Shown here piece by piece: positions 36,009-46,457 of a stretch of DNA of 64,000 nucleotides. The position numbers and the translations under genes were made by a program. The stretch covers positions 17,065-81,064 of the forward strand of contig DATALD010000012.1 of NCBI GenBank assembly GCA_036261255.1, in the 5' to 3' direction. Source of the stretch: Bacteroidales bacterium (GTDB lineage Bacteria; Bacteroidota; Bacteroidia; Bacteroidales; VadinHA17). The notes beneath the pieces were generated by a model. The model saw only the letters and a list, made by a program, of their open reading frames with translations, ran no database searches and had not been told where the DNA came from. How positions within the stretch are numbered: the stretch's first letter is position 1; the number at the start of each line of letters is the position of its first letter.

Positions 36009-37145
36009 ATGATAAAGCATATTCTTATAACAAGTATCAAAGATTTTACAAACAACAAAAGCCTGTTTATTATAAATCTGGTGGCAATTGTATTAGCCTT
36101 AGTATTAATAACAATGGCATCATCATGGATATACCTGAGTCTGAACCCGATATCACCCATTGAGAAAGCTAAATCGTTCTATCAGATAAGGGCTTTTGAT
36201 GAAACCGGGATCCGGCAGTCAGTATCTTTGGAAGATTGTGAAATAATAAACAGGTCAGTAAAAAATGGCTTTGCGTGGTATTATGGACAACTGTTTTCTC
36301 TTGTCACGGTAAATAGAAATAATAATAGAATAGATTATCGGATTACTTCTACTGATGCAAATTTCTGGAAAGCGCTGAATTTCAAATTTCTTAAAGGAGG
36401 ACCTTTTTCTGAGGATCAGTTCAGAAATAAAGAATACGTGGTTGTTATGTCAGAGAGATTTGCCAATGCATATTTTGGATCGACAGACATTCTTGGGATG
36501 AGTTTTATCTACGGGAAACTTAATTTCAAGATAGCGGGGATATTCAGATCTAACCACACTGAAAGTGAGTTTAAATTTGATCTTTATGTACCACACTCTA
36601 TCATCCCGGAGGATGCAGGCAAGGATGTAAATGCTTACTTTTTAATCAATAACAAAGAGGGTAAAAACGAACTGGAATTTTTCCTGAAAAAATATAAGCC
36701 AACAGGAGGTAATCAGATATCTACTGTTCCCTATCTGAGTTCAATGCTTGATATTAAAAATAACCTCCATTTCTGGGCGACATTGTTGATCTCTTTTTTA
36801 CTTCCAATTCTATGTTTTTCGAATATGTTCACGAGGAAGATGGAATTAAAAATACCGGAGATGGCTATTAAACGGGCTTTTGGCGCCTCACGCAAATATG
36901 TCTTTATTAATCTTGTTGCAATTAATGTTTTTTATGTTCTTATAGCCGGTGTATTAGCTATGATGATGGCTCATCCGCTGATCGGCTTTGCTTTTAACCC
37001 GACAGGTTCAGCAAGTATTGAAACGGGTTTTTTGTTCCTGAAGTTTTACATCTCCACAATTCTGCTTTATATAGTATTTGGAGTGGTTTCGGCTATCCAT
37101 CCTGCATGGAAGGTATCCGGGGAATCAATAATTTCTAACGTATAA
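36009..37145 (+). CDS. MacB/FtsX-type ABC permease, single module (class A1)
   Basis: TDANFWKALNFKFLKGGPF; LLPILCFSNM; EMAIKRAFGAS. Confidence 0.87.
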   Translation: MIKHILITSIKDFTNNKSLFIINLVAIVLALVLITMASSWIYLSLNPISPIEKAKSFYQIRAFDETGIRQSVSLEDCEIINRSVKNGFAWYYGQLFSLVTVNRNNNRIDYRITSTDANFWKALNFKFLKGGPFSEDQFRNKEYVVVMSERFANAYFGSTDILGMSFIYGKLNFKIAGIFRSNHTESEFKFDLYVPHSIIPEDAGKDVNAYFLINNKEGKNELEFFLKKYKPTGGNQISTVPYLSSMLDIKNNLHFWATLLISFLLPILCFSNMFTRKMELKIPEMAIKRAFGASRKYVFINLVAINVFYVLIAGVLAMMMAHPLIGFAFNPTGSASIETGFLFLKFYISTILLYIVFGVVSAIHPAWKVSGESIISNV

Positions 37146-37158
37146 ATATTTTCAAAGA

Positions 37159-38316
37159 ATGAATTTCTATCTCTCAAGATTCTTAAGAAATAAGTCCCGG
37201 TATTTAGCAATGATGTTGATTATTGGCTGTGTATATTTTGCCATGCATATTCTTTTTATGCAGTTGCCTGATTTATATAAAGAATTCAATCCAGTATATA
37301 CATTCAATATTGAGAATGTTTATGAATTAAGAACAATGACAAGCAGTCACTCCCTTCTAGGAATTGATGATAATGTTGGGGCTGAAATAAAATTCAATGA
37401 TGATCTTGTCAATGATCTGGAAAATATTGAAGGAATTAATTCAGTTTGCCTTTGTGATGTTTTTGAACCAATGTCTGAGATTTATGGATGTATCTCCCTT
37501 AACGACTCAATTCAGAATTTTATTCTCTATGGTCTTGGTGAGGGGTTTGAAGATGTCCTGAAATTGAAGATTACTAAAAATGATAATAGATTTTCAACCA
37601 ATCCTGAAATATATATTGAATCGACACTTGCTGAAAGGCTTAATGAAGCAGGTTTCAGAGGCAATAAAATTGAAGTCGGAGAAGAAAAAAACAGATATGA
37701 TATTAACGGGACATTTAACCCGCTTGGTATTAATGCCCGTCGGAAAGGCGAACTTTTTGCAGGGATTCAGAAGATAAAAGAATCCGGGAGGATCTTATTC
37801 CGGCTAATCCCGGGAACTGATATTAAGGATGTAGAGAATTCAATCTACAGGTTATTGACAACAAGGTATAATGCTGATAAAAATGCTTTCAGTTACGGTC
37901 CCTTATTCCTGTCAGGAAAGGAAGATTGGTTCGAAAATAAGAACCAGGTTGTGGCAATGTTTATAATTGCAATAATATGCCTGCTTTACATTATGCTCTC
38001 ATTACTTGGTCTTTATTGGAATGAAACAAAGAACCGGAACGTTGAGATTGGCATTATGCGTGCAATTGGGTTTACAAAATGGCAGGTATTCGGAATGGTA
38101 ATAAAAGAAGCTACAATAATTTCTGTTGTTGCTATTATTATTTCTGTAATCCTGATAATTAATTCTTTCCCAAAGGATTTAGAGTCGACAAGGACATTCA
38201 TTTTATCAATATTCGTGAATTCGGCGATCTTACTTGGTATTGTCTGGCTTTCTGTAATTATTCCGGCAGTAAAATCAAGCATGGTTGAGCCGGCACAAGC
38301 TTTATCTGAAGAATAA
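37159..38316 (+). CDS. MacB/FtsX-type ABC permease, single module (class B1)
   Basis: LLGLYW; EIGIMRAIGF; C-terminal EPAQALSEE. Confidence 0.87.
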   Translation: MNFYLSRFLRNKSRYLAMMLIIGCVYFAMHILFMQLPDLYKEFNPVYTFNIENVYELRTMTSSHSLLGIDDNVGAEIKFNDDLVNDLENIEGINSVCLCDVFEPMSEIYGCISLNDSIQNFILYGLGEGFEDVLKLKITKNDNRFSTNPEIYIESTLAERLNEAGFRGNKIEVGEEKNRYDINGTFNPLGINARRKGELFAGIQKIKESGRILFRLIPGTDIKDVENSIYRLLTTRYNADKNAFSYGPLFLSGKEDWFENKNQVVAMFIIAIICLLYIMLSLLGLYWNETKNRNVEIGIMRAIGFTKWQVFGMVIKEATIISVVAIIISVILIINSFPKDLESTRTFILSIFVNSAILLGIVWLSVIIPAVKSSMVEPAQALSEE

Positions 38317-38351
38317 ACAATGAAATTAAAAAAGTTATAACCATAAGTAAA

Positions 38352-39506
38352 ATGATTTTAAACTACCTGAAAACATTATTCCTATCCATAAAGCGGCAAA
38401 AAGGCATTATGTTCCTGAATTTTACTGTGCTGGTAGTTTCGATGATAATTCTGACAATTATTATAAGCGCTTTCAATGAAATGATCTTCACTCCTCATTA
38501 TGAGACTAATGGCGAAAAGCTGTACTTTCTTGAGAACCCTGAGAACAGATCTCCCCGTGATTTTTCAATTAATGAAGAACAACAATTGTTAAAGGTTGAT
38601 GCCCCTGTGAACTGGTGTCTGTTGTCATCCTCTGTGTTCTCATTTCATCCTTCCAAAAAAGGTGTTCTGAAGGATTTTGAGGGACATTATGCCAATGAAA
38701 ACTATCTGAAAATTCTTGATCTCGATTTTATAAGAGGTGAACGATATTCACAAAAACAAATAGAAAATGGACAAAGGGTTATCCTTATCAGTGAAACCGT
38801 TGCTGAATTCATCTTTGAATCAACCGATGTTATCGGAAGAGAAGTCGTAGTATTCAATATGCCGTATAAGGTAGTTGGAGTATTCAAAAACATGTCGCGG
38901 ATAGCCGGTACAACAGCAGTAGCTTTTTTGCCTGCAGAGTTCAATACATGGGATAGAATGAATTGGAATATTGCAGTTACAAACGATGAATTGGACAAAG
39001 ACATCCTGGAAAAAACATTCAACAAACATGCTTCTGAAATTTTTGGTAATGTGGATGGGAGAATAAAACTATTATCAAGAGGCAATCTTGTCCTGAACGA
39101 AATGGGACGATTGCAAATGGGAATTTTTGTAATACTACTCGCCATGGCTCTTCCCGCTTTGTTAATGGTGAATCTTATTATTACACGGATGGAGACAAAG
39201 CTAAACGAGATGGGTATTCGAAAAGCTTTTGGGGCCGACAGGAAAGCTATCTTCTGGCACCTGATCTATGAGAACATAATCTTTACACTAATTGGAGGTA
39301 TAGCTGCCTTACTCATCGGCCAGTTTGTCGTTTCTAACCTGCTGTATGAAGAAGAAAAGTTTACTCTTGTCAGTATGATGAATATACCAGTGTCTACACA
39401 TCTGGTAGTAATGCTGGGTTATATAATCTTTGGATTTATTTCGGGATGGTACCCTTCGAGACTGATTGCAAAAAAGAGTATTGTTACGTCAATTAACAAC
39501 ATCTGA
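38352..39506 (+). CDS. MacB/FtsX-type ABC permease, single module (class A2)
   Basis: ALPALLMVNL; EMGIRKAFGAD; C-terminal SIVTSINNI. Confidence 0.88.
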   Translation: MILNYLKTLFLSIKRQKGIMFLNFTVLVVSMIILTIIISAFNEMIFTPHYETNGEKLYFLENPENRSPRDFSINEEQQLLKVDAPVNWCLLSSSVFSFHPSKKGVLKDFEGHYANENYLKILDLDFIRGERYSQKQIENGQRVILISETVAEFIFESTDVIGREVVVFNMPYKVVGVFKNMSRIAGTTAVAFLPAEFNTWDRMNWNIAVTNDELDKDILEKTFNKHASEIFGNVDGRIKLLSRGNLVLNEMGRLQMGIFVILLAMALPALLMVNLIITRMETKLNEMGIRKAFGADRKAIFWHLIYENIIFTLIGGIAALLIGQFVVSNLLYEEEKFTLVSMMNIPVSTHLVVMLGYIIFGFISGWYPSRLIAKKSIVTSINNI

Positions 39507-39507
39507 A

Positions 39508-40704
39508 ATGAGACTGATCATTTACAAAATACTTCAGCACAAAAGGCGCTATATTTTTCTTCTGATATCACTTGTAGTCATACAGTCGCTCGTTTTTCTG
39601 TCGATGACTTTTATTCAGCATGAAAAGATGAGGCTATTCCCTGAAACAGTGTTCAATATTGAAGATTGTTATAATCTGGAAGTACTATATCCTGGTGATA
39701 AAGCAGATAGTATTGGTTTTAGCACATTTAAGTTCGACGAAGAAAGCCTGGATGTTATCAGGTCAATTGAACATGTAAAACATGCAACTGGTAAATCACC
39801 TTATGTCAGGAAACAAGTGTATGAATCAATGCTCTTTTCTTCGGGAAAAACCGGGAACATTTTTTATACCGAGACTGGCAATGGATTTGAAAAGATACTT
39901 GGTCTGAAATTATTGAAAGGGTCTTTATTCTCACAATCTGAATCAGAGATCAATGAGGCCATAATTACAAAATCACTTGCTGACAGTCTTGGCATTTTTA
40001 ACAAAGAGCTGCCACAGACAATAACTTTAAAGGGAACAAGCAAGAATAATAATGAGGAGATAACATGCTCCATCACAGGGATTGTTGAGGACATTTTTTA
40101 TAAATATTCAGGCAAGAACGTTTGTCCGATTTTTTGCAGGAGAGATACTCAGAAAAATATCGAATTCAGTGGTAGTGTTCTTTTAAAGCTTGATGACAAT
40201 GCCGATATCGATGCAATGGAACTTGAAATTGGTACTTTAATTCAATCATTTACCAAAACGAAGCCTGTTGTTCAACTCATTTCGCTTGATATGGTTGTTA
40301 ATGAACTATGGAATGAACAGAAACGCATGTTTTTAATAATGCTTTCAATCATCCCACTGGTTCTTTTTTATTCTTTCTTCGCTATTTTCGGACTCTTCTG
40401 GAGCGAGATGTCGCATGATAAAGTAAAATATGGGATATTGCGTTCCATCGGCTTTAACCGCTTACAGGTTTTCCTGCTTGGTCTTAAAGAAGCTGTGTTG
40501 TTTTCACTGCTAAGCTTCTTGTTTTCTGGCACCCTTGTTCTTAATATAATCACAATATTCCCTGGCTCACATAGTACGCAGATCATTCTGTCAAATTTGA
40601 CAATATCATTTATAATAATTTTCGTGCTTGTTGTATTGGCCGCCTGTATCCCGGCTTTGAAATTTTCACGGATTAACCCTGTTGAAGCCCTTGCTAACGA
40701 ATAA
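39508..40704 (+). CDS. MacB/FtsX-type ABC permease, single module (class B2)
   Basis: IFGLFW; YGILRSIGF; C-terminal NPVEALANE. Start at MRLII. Confidence 0.87.
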   Translation: MRLIIYKILQHKRRYIFLLISLVVIQSLVFLSMTFIQHEKMRLFPETVFNIEDCYNLEVLYPGDKADSIGFSTFKFDEESLDVIRSIEHVKHATGKSPYVRKQVYESMLFSSGKTGNIFYTETGNGFEKILGLKLLKGSLFSQSESEINEAIITKSLADSLGIFNKELPQTITLKGTSKNNNEEITCSITGIVEDIFYKYSGKNVCPIFCRRDTQKNIEFSGSVLLKLDDNADIDAMELEIGTLIQSFTKTKPVVQLISLDMVVNELWNEQKRMFLIMLSIIPLVLFYSFFAIFGLFWSEMSHDKVKYGILRSIGFNRLQVFLLGLKEAVLFSLLSFLFSGTLVLNIITIFPGSHSTQIILSNLTISFIIIFVLVVLAACIPALKFSRINPVEALANE

Positions 40705-40737
40705 TCTCTTGCTAAATATATCTTAAATAATTTCACT

Positions 40738-41415
40738 ATGAACAACGTAATCACTCTTGAAAACATCACAAAGATCTACTCAACAAAAGAGATCGAAACA
40801 ACTGCATTAAGTAATGTGAACCTTGAAATTAAGAAAGGTGAATTTGTATCGGTAATGGGGCCATCGGGTTGTGGTAAAAGTACAATGCTCAATATCATCG
40901 GGCTTCTTGATGCGCCAACAGAAGGTAGCGTAAAGATTGATGATAGTCCGACCGAGGGTCTTAAAGACAAAGCCCTGTCGCAATTAAGAAACGAAAAAAT
41001 AGGTTTCATATTCCAGAGTTTTCACCTTGTTAATGACCTGCCTGTTATTGATAACGTGGAGTTACCGCTCCTGTACCGGAAAGGAGTATGGGCAGGTGAA
41101 CGCCGCAAAAGAGCCAAGGCATCGCTTGAAAAAGTGGGATTAAGCGCCCGCAGCAAGCATTATCCCAACCAGCTATCAGGTGGACAACGCCAGAGGGTGG
41201 CAATAGCACGCGCAATAATCGGCCAGCCGGATATAATCCTTGCCGATGAACCGACAGGGAACCTCGACAGCAAAATGGGAGCGGAGATAATGGAAATCCT
41301 TCACAGGCTGAACAAGGAAGAGGGAACAACAATCGTCATGGTTACTCATGATGAGCGCCTGGCACAGCAAACTGACCGTATTATCCGCCTGTTCGACGGG
41401 GCAAGGGTGAATTAA
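40738..41415 (+). CDS. ABC transporter ATP-binding protein (LolD/MacB NBD-like)
   Basis: [41 protein letters not shown] and VTHD. Confidence 0.96.
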   Translation: MNNVITLENITKIYSTKEIETTALSNVNLEIKKGEFVSVMGPSGCGKSTMLNIIGLLDAPTEGSVKIDDSPTEGLKDKALSQLRNEKIGFIFQSFHLVNDLPVIDNVELPLLYRKGVWAGERRKRAKASLEKVGLSARSKHYPNQLSGGQRQRVAIARAIIGQPDIILADEPTGNLDSKMGAEIMEILHRLNKEEGTTIVMVTHDERLAQQTDRIIRLFDGARVN

Positions 41416-41458
41416 CTTTCAATGTGGAAATGATCCATCAGTCCTAAACAAAATACTA

Positions 41459-42679
41459 ATGATAAAAAATTACCTTAAAGCAGCCATTTATTCAATGTTT
41501 CGCAGGAAATGGTTCTCCCTGCTAACTCTCTTCTCAATCTCCATATCACTGGTTATGGTAACATGCGGGGCATCAATGTGGAACATGATTACCGCTCCGA
41601 TAGCCCCTGAAGTAAACAAGGGACGGACTTTTTTTTTGAATGCTCGGCTGGATTCGAAAAGTGGCGACCGCCAGTTTTCTGATATCTCTCTTATTATGGA
41701 AATTACAAGCGGATTTTTAATTCAGGATGTTTATCGGTTCAAGACTCCTGAACTAACTACCATTTATGAAAAACACGGTGGTTATACCGAGTTTATCCGA
41801 AATAATAAAACAAAAAAAGCTCAGATGATACGGACCGACGCCAATTTTTTTAAGGTTTTTGAATTTGACTTTATTACCGGTAAACCATATTTACAAACCA
41901 ATTCAACGGAAAAAGCTAATACCTTATGTGTCATTTCAAAAGAGCTGGCAGATTACTTTTTCGGTGGTCCAGATTGTCTTGGGCAGGTTATAAATGACCT
42001 AACACATCAATTCAAAGTGGTGGGGGTTGTAACAAAACCGACTTCCCAAACTTCTTTAAAATCAGATATCTATTACCTCGCAAAACCGGATGAAATCAAC
42101 AGGGGAGGATTGTATCAGCATAATGTAGCTTTTCTATGTCACTCAAAACAAGATAAACAAACGCTAGATGCTGAATTGAATAAATACACATTCAACAGCG
42201 ATAAGGGACAAGTTACAATGAGTTCTGATTCACCTGCAATCCAGTACCTCACTGAAAAAATTGACTTTGAAGAAGGAAGCTTGCGTGCATATATTGCTCT
42301 TGGCCTGATTGCATTGATCATTCCCGCCCTGTGTCTGGTTGATATCCTGAAGAATAACCTGAGTCACCGCAACGAGGAACTTGCTATCAGAAGAGCTTTT
42401 GGGGCCCCGCGAAAAAGTATAACCTCATTACTTTTAATTGATAACCTTCTACTGACATTAACCGGAGGGATACTTGGGTTAGGATTTTCATTTCTGTTCT
42501 ATGCCGTATTAAGTGATGATACATGGACAAACCTGTTTTTTGTGTTTTTCAACTGGAGGGCATTTTTCTATTATATAGCTGTATTTCTGATTATCGGAGG
42601 TATCGCCGGTGTTTTGCCTTCTTACAGGATTTCGAAGCAACAGATTGTGAACGCCTTATATGCAATTGAAAATGATTAA
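41459..42679 (+). CDS. MacB/FtsX-type ABC permease, single module (class A3)
   Basis: TDANFFKVFEFDFITGKPY; IIPALCLVDI; ELAIRRAFGAP; QIVNAL. Confidence 0.88.
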   Translation: MIKNYLKAAIYSMFRRKWFSLLTLFSISISLVMVTCGASMWNMITAPIAPEVNKGRTFFLNARLDSKSGDRQFSDISLIMEITSGFLIQDVYRFKTPELTTIYEKHGGYTEFIRNNKTKKAQMIRTDANFFKVFEFDFITGKPYLQTNSTEKANTLCVISKELADYFFGGPDCLGQVINDLTHQFKVVGVVTKPTSQTSLKSDIYYLAKPDEINRGGLYQHNVAFLCHSKQDKQTLDAELNKYTFNSDKGQVTMSSDSPAIQYLTEKIDFEEGSLRAYIALGLIALIIPALCLVDILKNNLSHRNEELAIRRAFGAPRKSITSLLLIDNLLLTLTGGILGLGFSFLFYAVLSDDTWTNLFFVFFNWRAFFYYIAVFLIIGGIAGVLPSYRISKQQIVNALYAIEND

Positions 42680-43880
42680 GCACTTGTATAAACAAATTCT
42701 AAAGAAACGAAGACGTTATTATATATCTGCGATCGTCCTCTTTCTTTCCTTCTTTGCATTTATTGTAATGGTAGGATATATTTATCCCGACATTATAAGG
42801 TCATCTTCATTCAGGCTGCCGGTACCTATAGATAACAGGGTTGAGCTTGTTATTGAATGGAAAACAAAAGAAAAAGAGATTCAAAAGAGCTTAAAAGCCG
42901 GTTTGAAAGAAGGGATTTTAAAACTTAATGGAGTTCAGGCAGCTGATTTTATTATAAATGACCTGGGATCAATACATACAATGCATTCATATGATTTTTC
43001 CCCTGGCAATTCTTACTTCATTTTTTGTGGTGAAAATTTCAGTGAGGTTTTCGATTTGAAATTAGAGCAGGGCAAATGGTTTTCAGAGACAGAAAATATC
43101 TCCGACCTAACTCCTGTTGTAATTACCCGAAATCATGCCGATTACCTTGGAATACAGAATGTCACGTCCAATTCCGTATTTGCCAGTGTAAATCCCAACA
43201 GCCGTAATAATGATAGTATCAGGTACCAGATAACAGGCATTATCGAAAATATGGAAAATATACGAAAAATAGGATCCCGGTCTGAACTTGGGAAAAATAC
43301 TTTTCCGGTATTCTCACCCGAGCCGTTTTATGAGAATACTTTTAATTACGATGAAAGGCTGATCCTGAAAATGAACGATGGGTATAATTTCGAATTATTG
43401 AATACACAGGTTTTGAATTTAATGGAGAAAATGAATGCCAGGGATTATATCCATCAACATAGACTTACTTCATTAAATGATGTTCTAAAGACACAGATTA
43501 ATGAGCATTTTACTGGGTTGCGAATGATATATGCTATTCTACTGATTCTACTGACATACATCTTCGTTGTCCTATTTGGCAATTTCTGGAAGATGACCCA
43601 AAAGCGGACCATTGAGATTGGGATCCGCAGGGCATTAGGCCATTCACGAGGAAAGGTTTTGTTTTACATTCTGGCAGAATCGCTATTGTTTTTTATATCA
43701 ATAATGATTCCTGCTTCATTTGCTTATCTCAATCTTTATAAAATTATTAATATCTCATCTCCTCTGCCAATTTACCTGATCAGCATCGGGATTCTTTTTC
43801 TGGTTGTCATGATAGCAACAATAATTCCTGCAATTTATGCCGGCCGTGTTAATCCTGTTCAGGCTCTTGCCGATGAATGA
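42672..43880 (+). CDS. MacB/FtsX-type ABC permease, single module (class B3)
   Basis: LFGNFW; EIGIRRALGH; C-terminal NPVQALADE. Confidence 0.88.
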   Translation: MIKHLYKQILKKRRRYYISAIVLFLSFFAFIVMVGYIYPDIIRSSSFRLPVPIDNRVELVIEWKTKEKEIQKSLKAGLKEGILKLNGVQAADFIINDLGSIHTMHSYDFSPGNSYFIFCGENFSEVFDLKLEQGKWFSETENISDLTPVVITRNHADYLGIQNVTSNSVFASVNPNSRNNDSIRYQITGIIENMENIRKIGSRSELGKNTFPVFSPEPFYENTFNYDERLILKMNDGYNFELLNTQVLNLMEKMNARDYIHQHRLTSLNDVLKTQINEHFTGLRMIYAILLILLTYIFVVLFGNFWKMTQKRTIEIGIRRALGHSRGKVLFYILAESLLFFISIMIPASFAYLNLYKIINISSPLPIYLISIGILFLVVMIATIIPAIYAGRVNPVQALADE

Positions 43881-43929
43881 AAACCATGTAAGTCAATTAC
43901 TTAAATTATATATGCAATAACAAGACACT

Positions 43930-46368
43930 ATGTTCCGAAATATTCTTCTATCCGCTATTGCAAGCCTTAAACGAAAAAAAACCGCTTCGTTGTTTACGAT
44001 ACTCACAATAAGCCTTGGCATGACAATGATTGTGCTGATGTCATCACTTTATCATTCATATACCGGTAACCTTGGACCATATATTAACCGCGACAGGTGC
44101 CTGTACCTTAGCGATCTTAAGTTTGAAAAAAACGGTCAGGCAGCCGAAAGAATTGGCAATGACAGCAAAAATTCAACAACTGATTTTATAAGAAAGACAC
44201 TCTATGATCTTGATTCAACAGCAATTGTTGGAATGTACGGCCGCGTACATGAGGAGGATTTCGGACCCAGGTACAATCCCTTCAAAATAAAGTATATAGA
44301 AACAGATGTCAATTTCTGGAGAATCCATCATTTTGATTTCCTTGACGGAAAAGCTTTTTCTGCCGAAGATGTAGATAATAAAGAAAAGGTGGCAATCATT
44401 TCAAGGAAGATGGCTGTTCAACTTTTGGGAGATGTACAGGTAGCAGGAAAACTTTTCGATTATGGAGATCAAGGAAAGTTCAGGATAGCCGGAATTATTG
44501 AAGATGTAAATCCACACTTTGAGGTAAGCGCTGACCTTTATCTGCCATATACAATAACTTCGTGGGATGAGAATAATTCTACATCGTTCGATGGCATAGA
44601 TTATTACTATAACAGGGGCGCATATAAAGGCATATTAATGGCTCAGAATAAATCTAATTTTAAATCAATAAGGAACAAGTTTGGTATTACTATTGGTAAA
44701 TTGAATAAAACCGGACAGGTTGAGGAATTCGATAGAGTAAATGCTAAATTAAGAACCCCTTCTAATCAAATTCCTTCGATGATCGGACTGAAAAATGATG
44801 AAACAGGAGCTATTATTTTCATTTCAATGGGAGTCATATTCCTTCTGCTCCCAATAATAATTCTTTCAAACATCAATCTTTACTCATTACGCGACAGGCT
44901 TGAAGAAATTGGTATTAGAAAATCATTTGGAGCCAGACGCCAGCATATTATACGCCAGTTTTTTGTCGAGAATGTTATGGTAACTGCTGTCGGTTGCATT
45001 TTAGCGCTTTTCTTAGGTTATTTTTTAAACCGAATACTGGCTTTCATTCTCTATCGCACAACCGAGATCCCCGGATTTGAATTTAACATATCCCTGTTTT
45101 CCTACCTCTTTCTTGGAACAATTGTATTCGGGATATTAACAGTTGTTATCCCTGTTATTCGCATTTCGAAGGTTCAACCTGTATTGGCCATCAATCACAA
45201 TATTTTCTCAGGGGAAACAAGAATGAAGTTTAAGACCCGGAATAAGGGACTTAAGGTAACTACATCTATTCTGCTTTCGCTGGTTTTATTTATGTGCAGT
45301 TTAATTATGATGATATTTAGTGATTACATATCAGGACTTGGTTATGAAACAAAGAATATTATTAAAATCATAGTGGAAGACAATGATCAGAAAGTATACG
45401 ACGATAATTATAACACCACCCGTTTTGATGGATTCCGTGAGGGTCTTCTGCGAATAGAGGGGGTTGAGAAAGTTTCGAATGTTCTTGAAAATCCACCATT
45501 CTGGATTATTCCGCAATACCAGGATTTTATTGTTAACTCAGAAGAAAAACAAATCAGAACCCTCGAAACCGACAGTGTGTTTTTTGATTTGCTGGAAATC
45601 AAGCCTGTAAAAGGGGTATTATACAGATCAGGCATAATCGAGGGAAATTATTTGCCGGCTATTGCAACTCTGGCAGGAGAAAAGGAATTCTTTGATGGAG
45701 ATGCTGTTGGTAAAACATTTAAACGAAAAAGCGATGGTCAGAACATTAAAATTGTAGGGGTAATTGAAAAATATAAGCATCATTCCTCCGCTTCTCCTTT
45801 GACAGGAATAATGGTTTGCCGTAACCGACCGTCGCGCTCTGTACTAATAAAGTTCAATCCCAATACCAATCTGAATAATTTACGAAACAAAATCAGCGAC
45901 CTTACAAAAAACTGGAAAGGAGGCAATATGCTTCTCTCTGAAAATGATAATATTGACACTGAAAAACAACAGGCACTTAAGTTGAACTATTCTGCCTACT
46001 ATGGAGCTTTGCTTGCTATTTCGTTTCTCTTCCTAAATGCATTTATGGGTTACTTTACACTCACTTACTACAATGTGCTAACCCGGAAAAAAGAGATGGG
46101 GATCCGCAGAGCTTCAGGGGCAAACAGACAACAAATAATCTGGAAAATACTTGCCGAGAACCTTTCAGTAATGCTCATTGGCTCTCTTGTTGCAGTTGCT
46201 ATTATCTGGCAAATATTTCATCTCATCAATTTTAATAAATGGGATATCTTCTGGTCAGGGTACAAGTTGTCTTTGGCTATCGGCCTTGTAATAACTCTGG
46301 GAAGCGCCCTTGTACCTGCAATAAAGGGCTCAATTGTTCAACCTGTTGAGGCCCTGGCAGAAGAATGA
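43930..46368 (+). CDS. Fused two-module MacB/FtsX-type permease (class A4 + class B4)
   Basis: First half: LLPIIILSNI, EIGIRKSFGAR. Second half: EMGIRRASGAN, QPVEALAEE. Confidence 0.88.
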   Translation: MFRNILLSAIASLKRKKTASLFTILTISLGMTMIVLMSSLYHSYTGNLGPYINRDRCLYLSDLKFEKNGQAAERIGNDSKNSTTDFIRKTLYDLDSTAIVGMYGRVHEEDFGPRYNPFKIKYIETDVNFWRIHHFDFLDGKAFSAEDVDNKEKVAIISRKMAVQLLGDVQVAGKLFDYGDQGKFRIAGIIEDVNPHFEVSADLYLPYTITSWDENNSTSFDGIDYYYNRGAYKGILMAQNKSNFKSIRNKFGITIGKLNKTGQVEEFDRVNAKLRTPSNQIPSMIGLKNDETGAIIFISMGVIFLLLPIIILSNINLYSLRDRLEEIGIRKSFGARRQHIIRQFFVENVMVTAVGCILALFLGYFLNRILAFILYRTTEIPGFEFNISLFSYLFLGTIVFGILTVVIPVIRISKVQPVLAINHNIFSGETRMKFKTRNKGLKVTTSILLSLVLFMCSLIMMIFSDYISGLGYETKNIIKIIVEDNDQKVYDDNYNTTRFDGFREGLLRIEGVEKVSNVLENPPFWIIPQYQDFIVNSEEKQIRTLETDSVFFDLLEIKPVKGVLYRSGIIEGNYLPAIATLAGEKEFFDGDAVGKTFKRKSDGQNIKIVGVIEKYKHHSSASPLTGIMVCRNRPSRSVLIKFNPNTNLNNLRNKISDLTKNWKGGNMLLSENDNIDTEKQQALKLNYSAYYGALLAISFLFLNAFMGYFTLTYYNVLTRKKEMGIRRASGANRQQIIWKILAENLSVMLIGSLVAVAIIWQIFHLINFNKWDIFWSGYKLSLAIGLVITLGSALVPAIKGSIVQPVEALAEE

Positions 46369-46457
46369 TGCGTTCTGGTTTTGAAATGAAAGGATGTCGT
46401 AAAACTATTAAATTTGAATACCTTTAATGATGTACAAAATTCTGGCAAAAGCATACA

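Noticed and set aside
33211-46368. Shufflon, DGR or invertible-repeat diversification of the permeases
   Set aside because: No repeated crossover sites, recombinase or reverse transcriptase seen; the permeases are deeply diverged paralogues.
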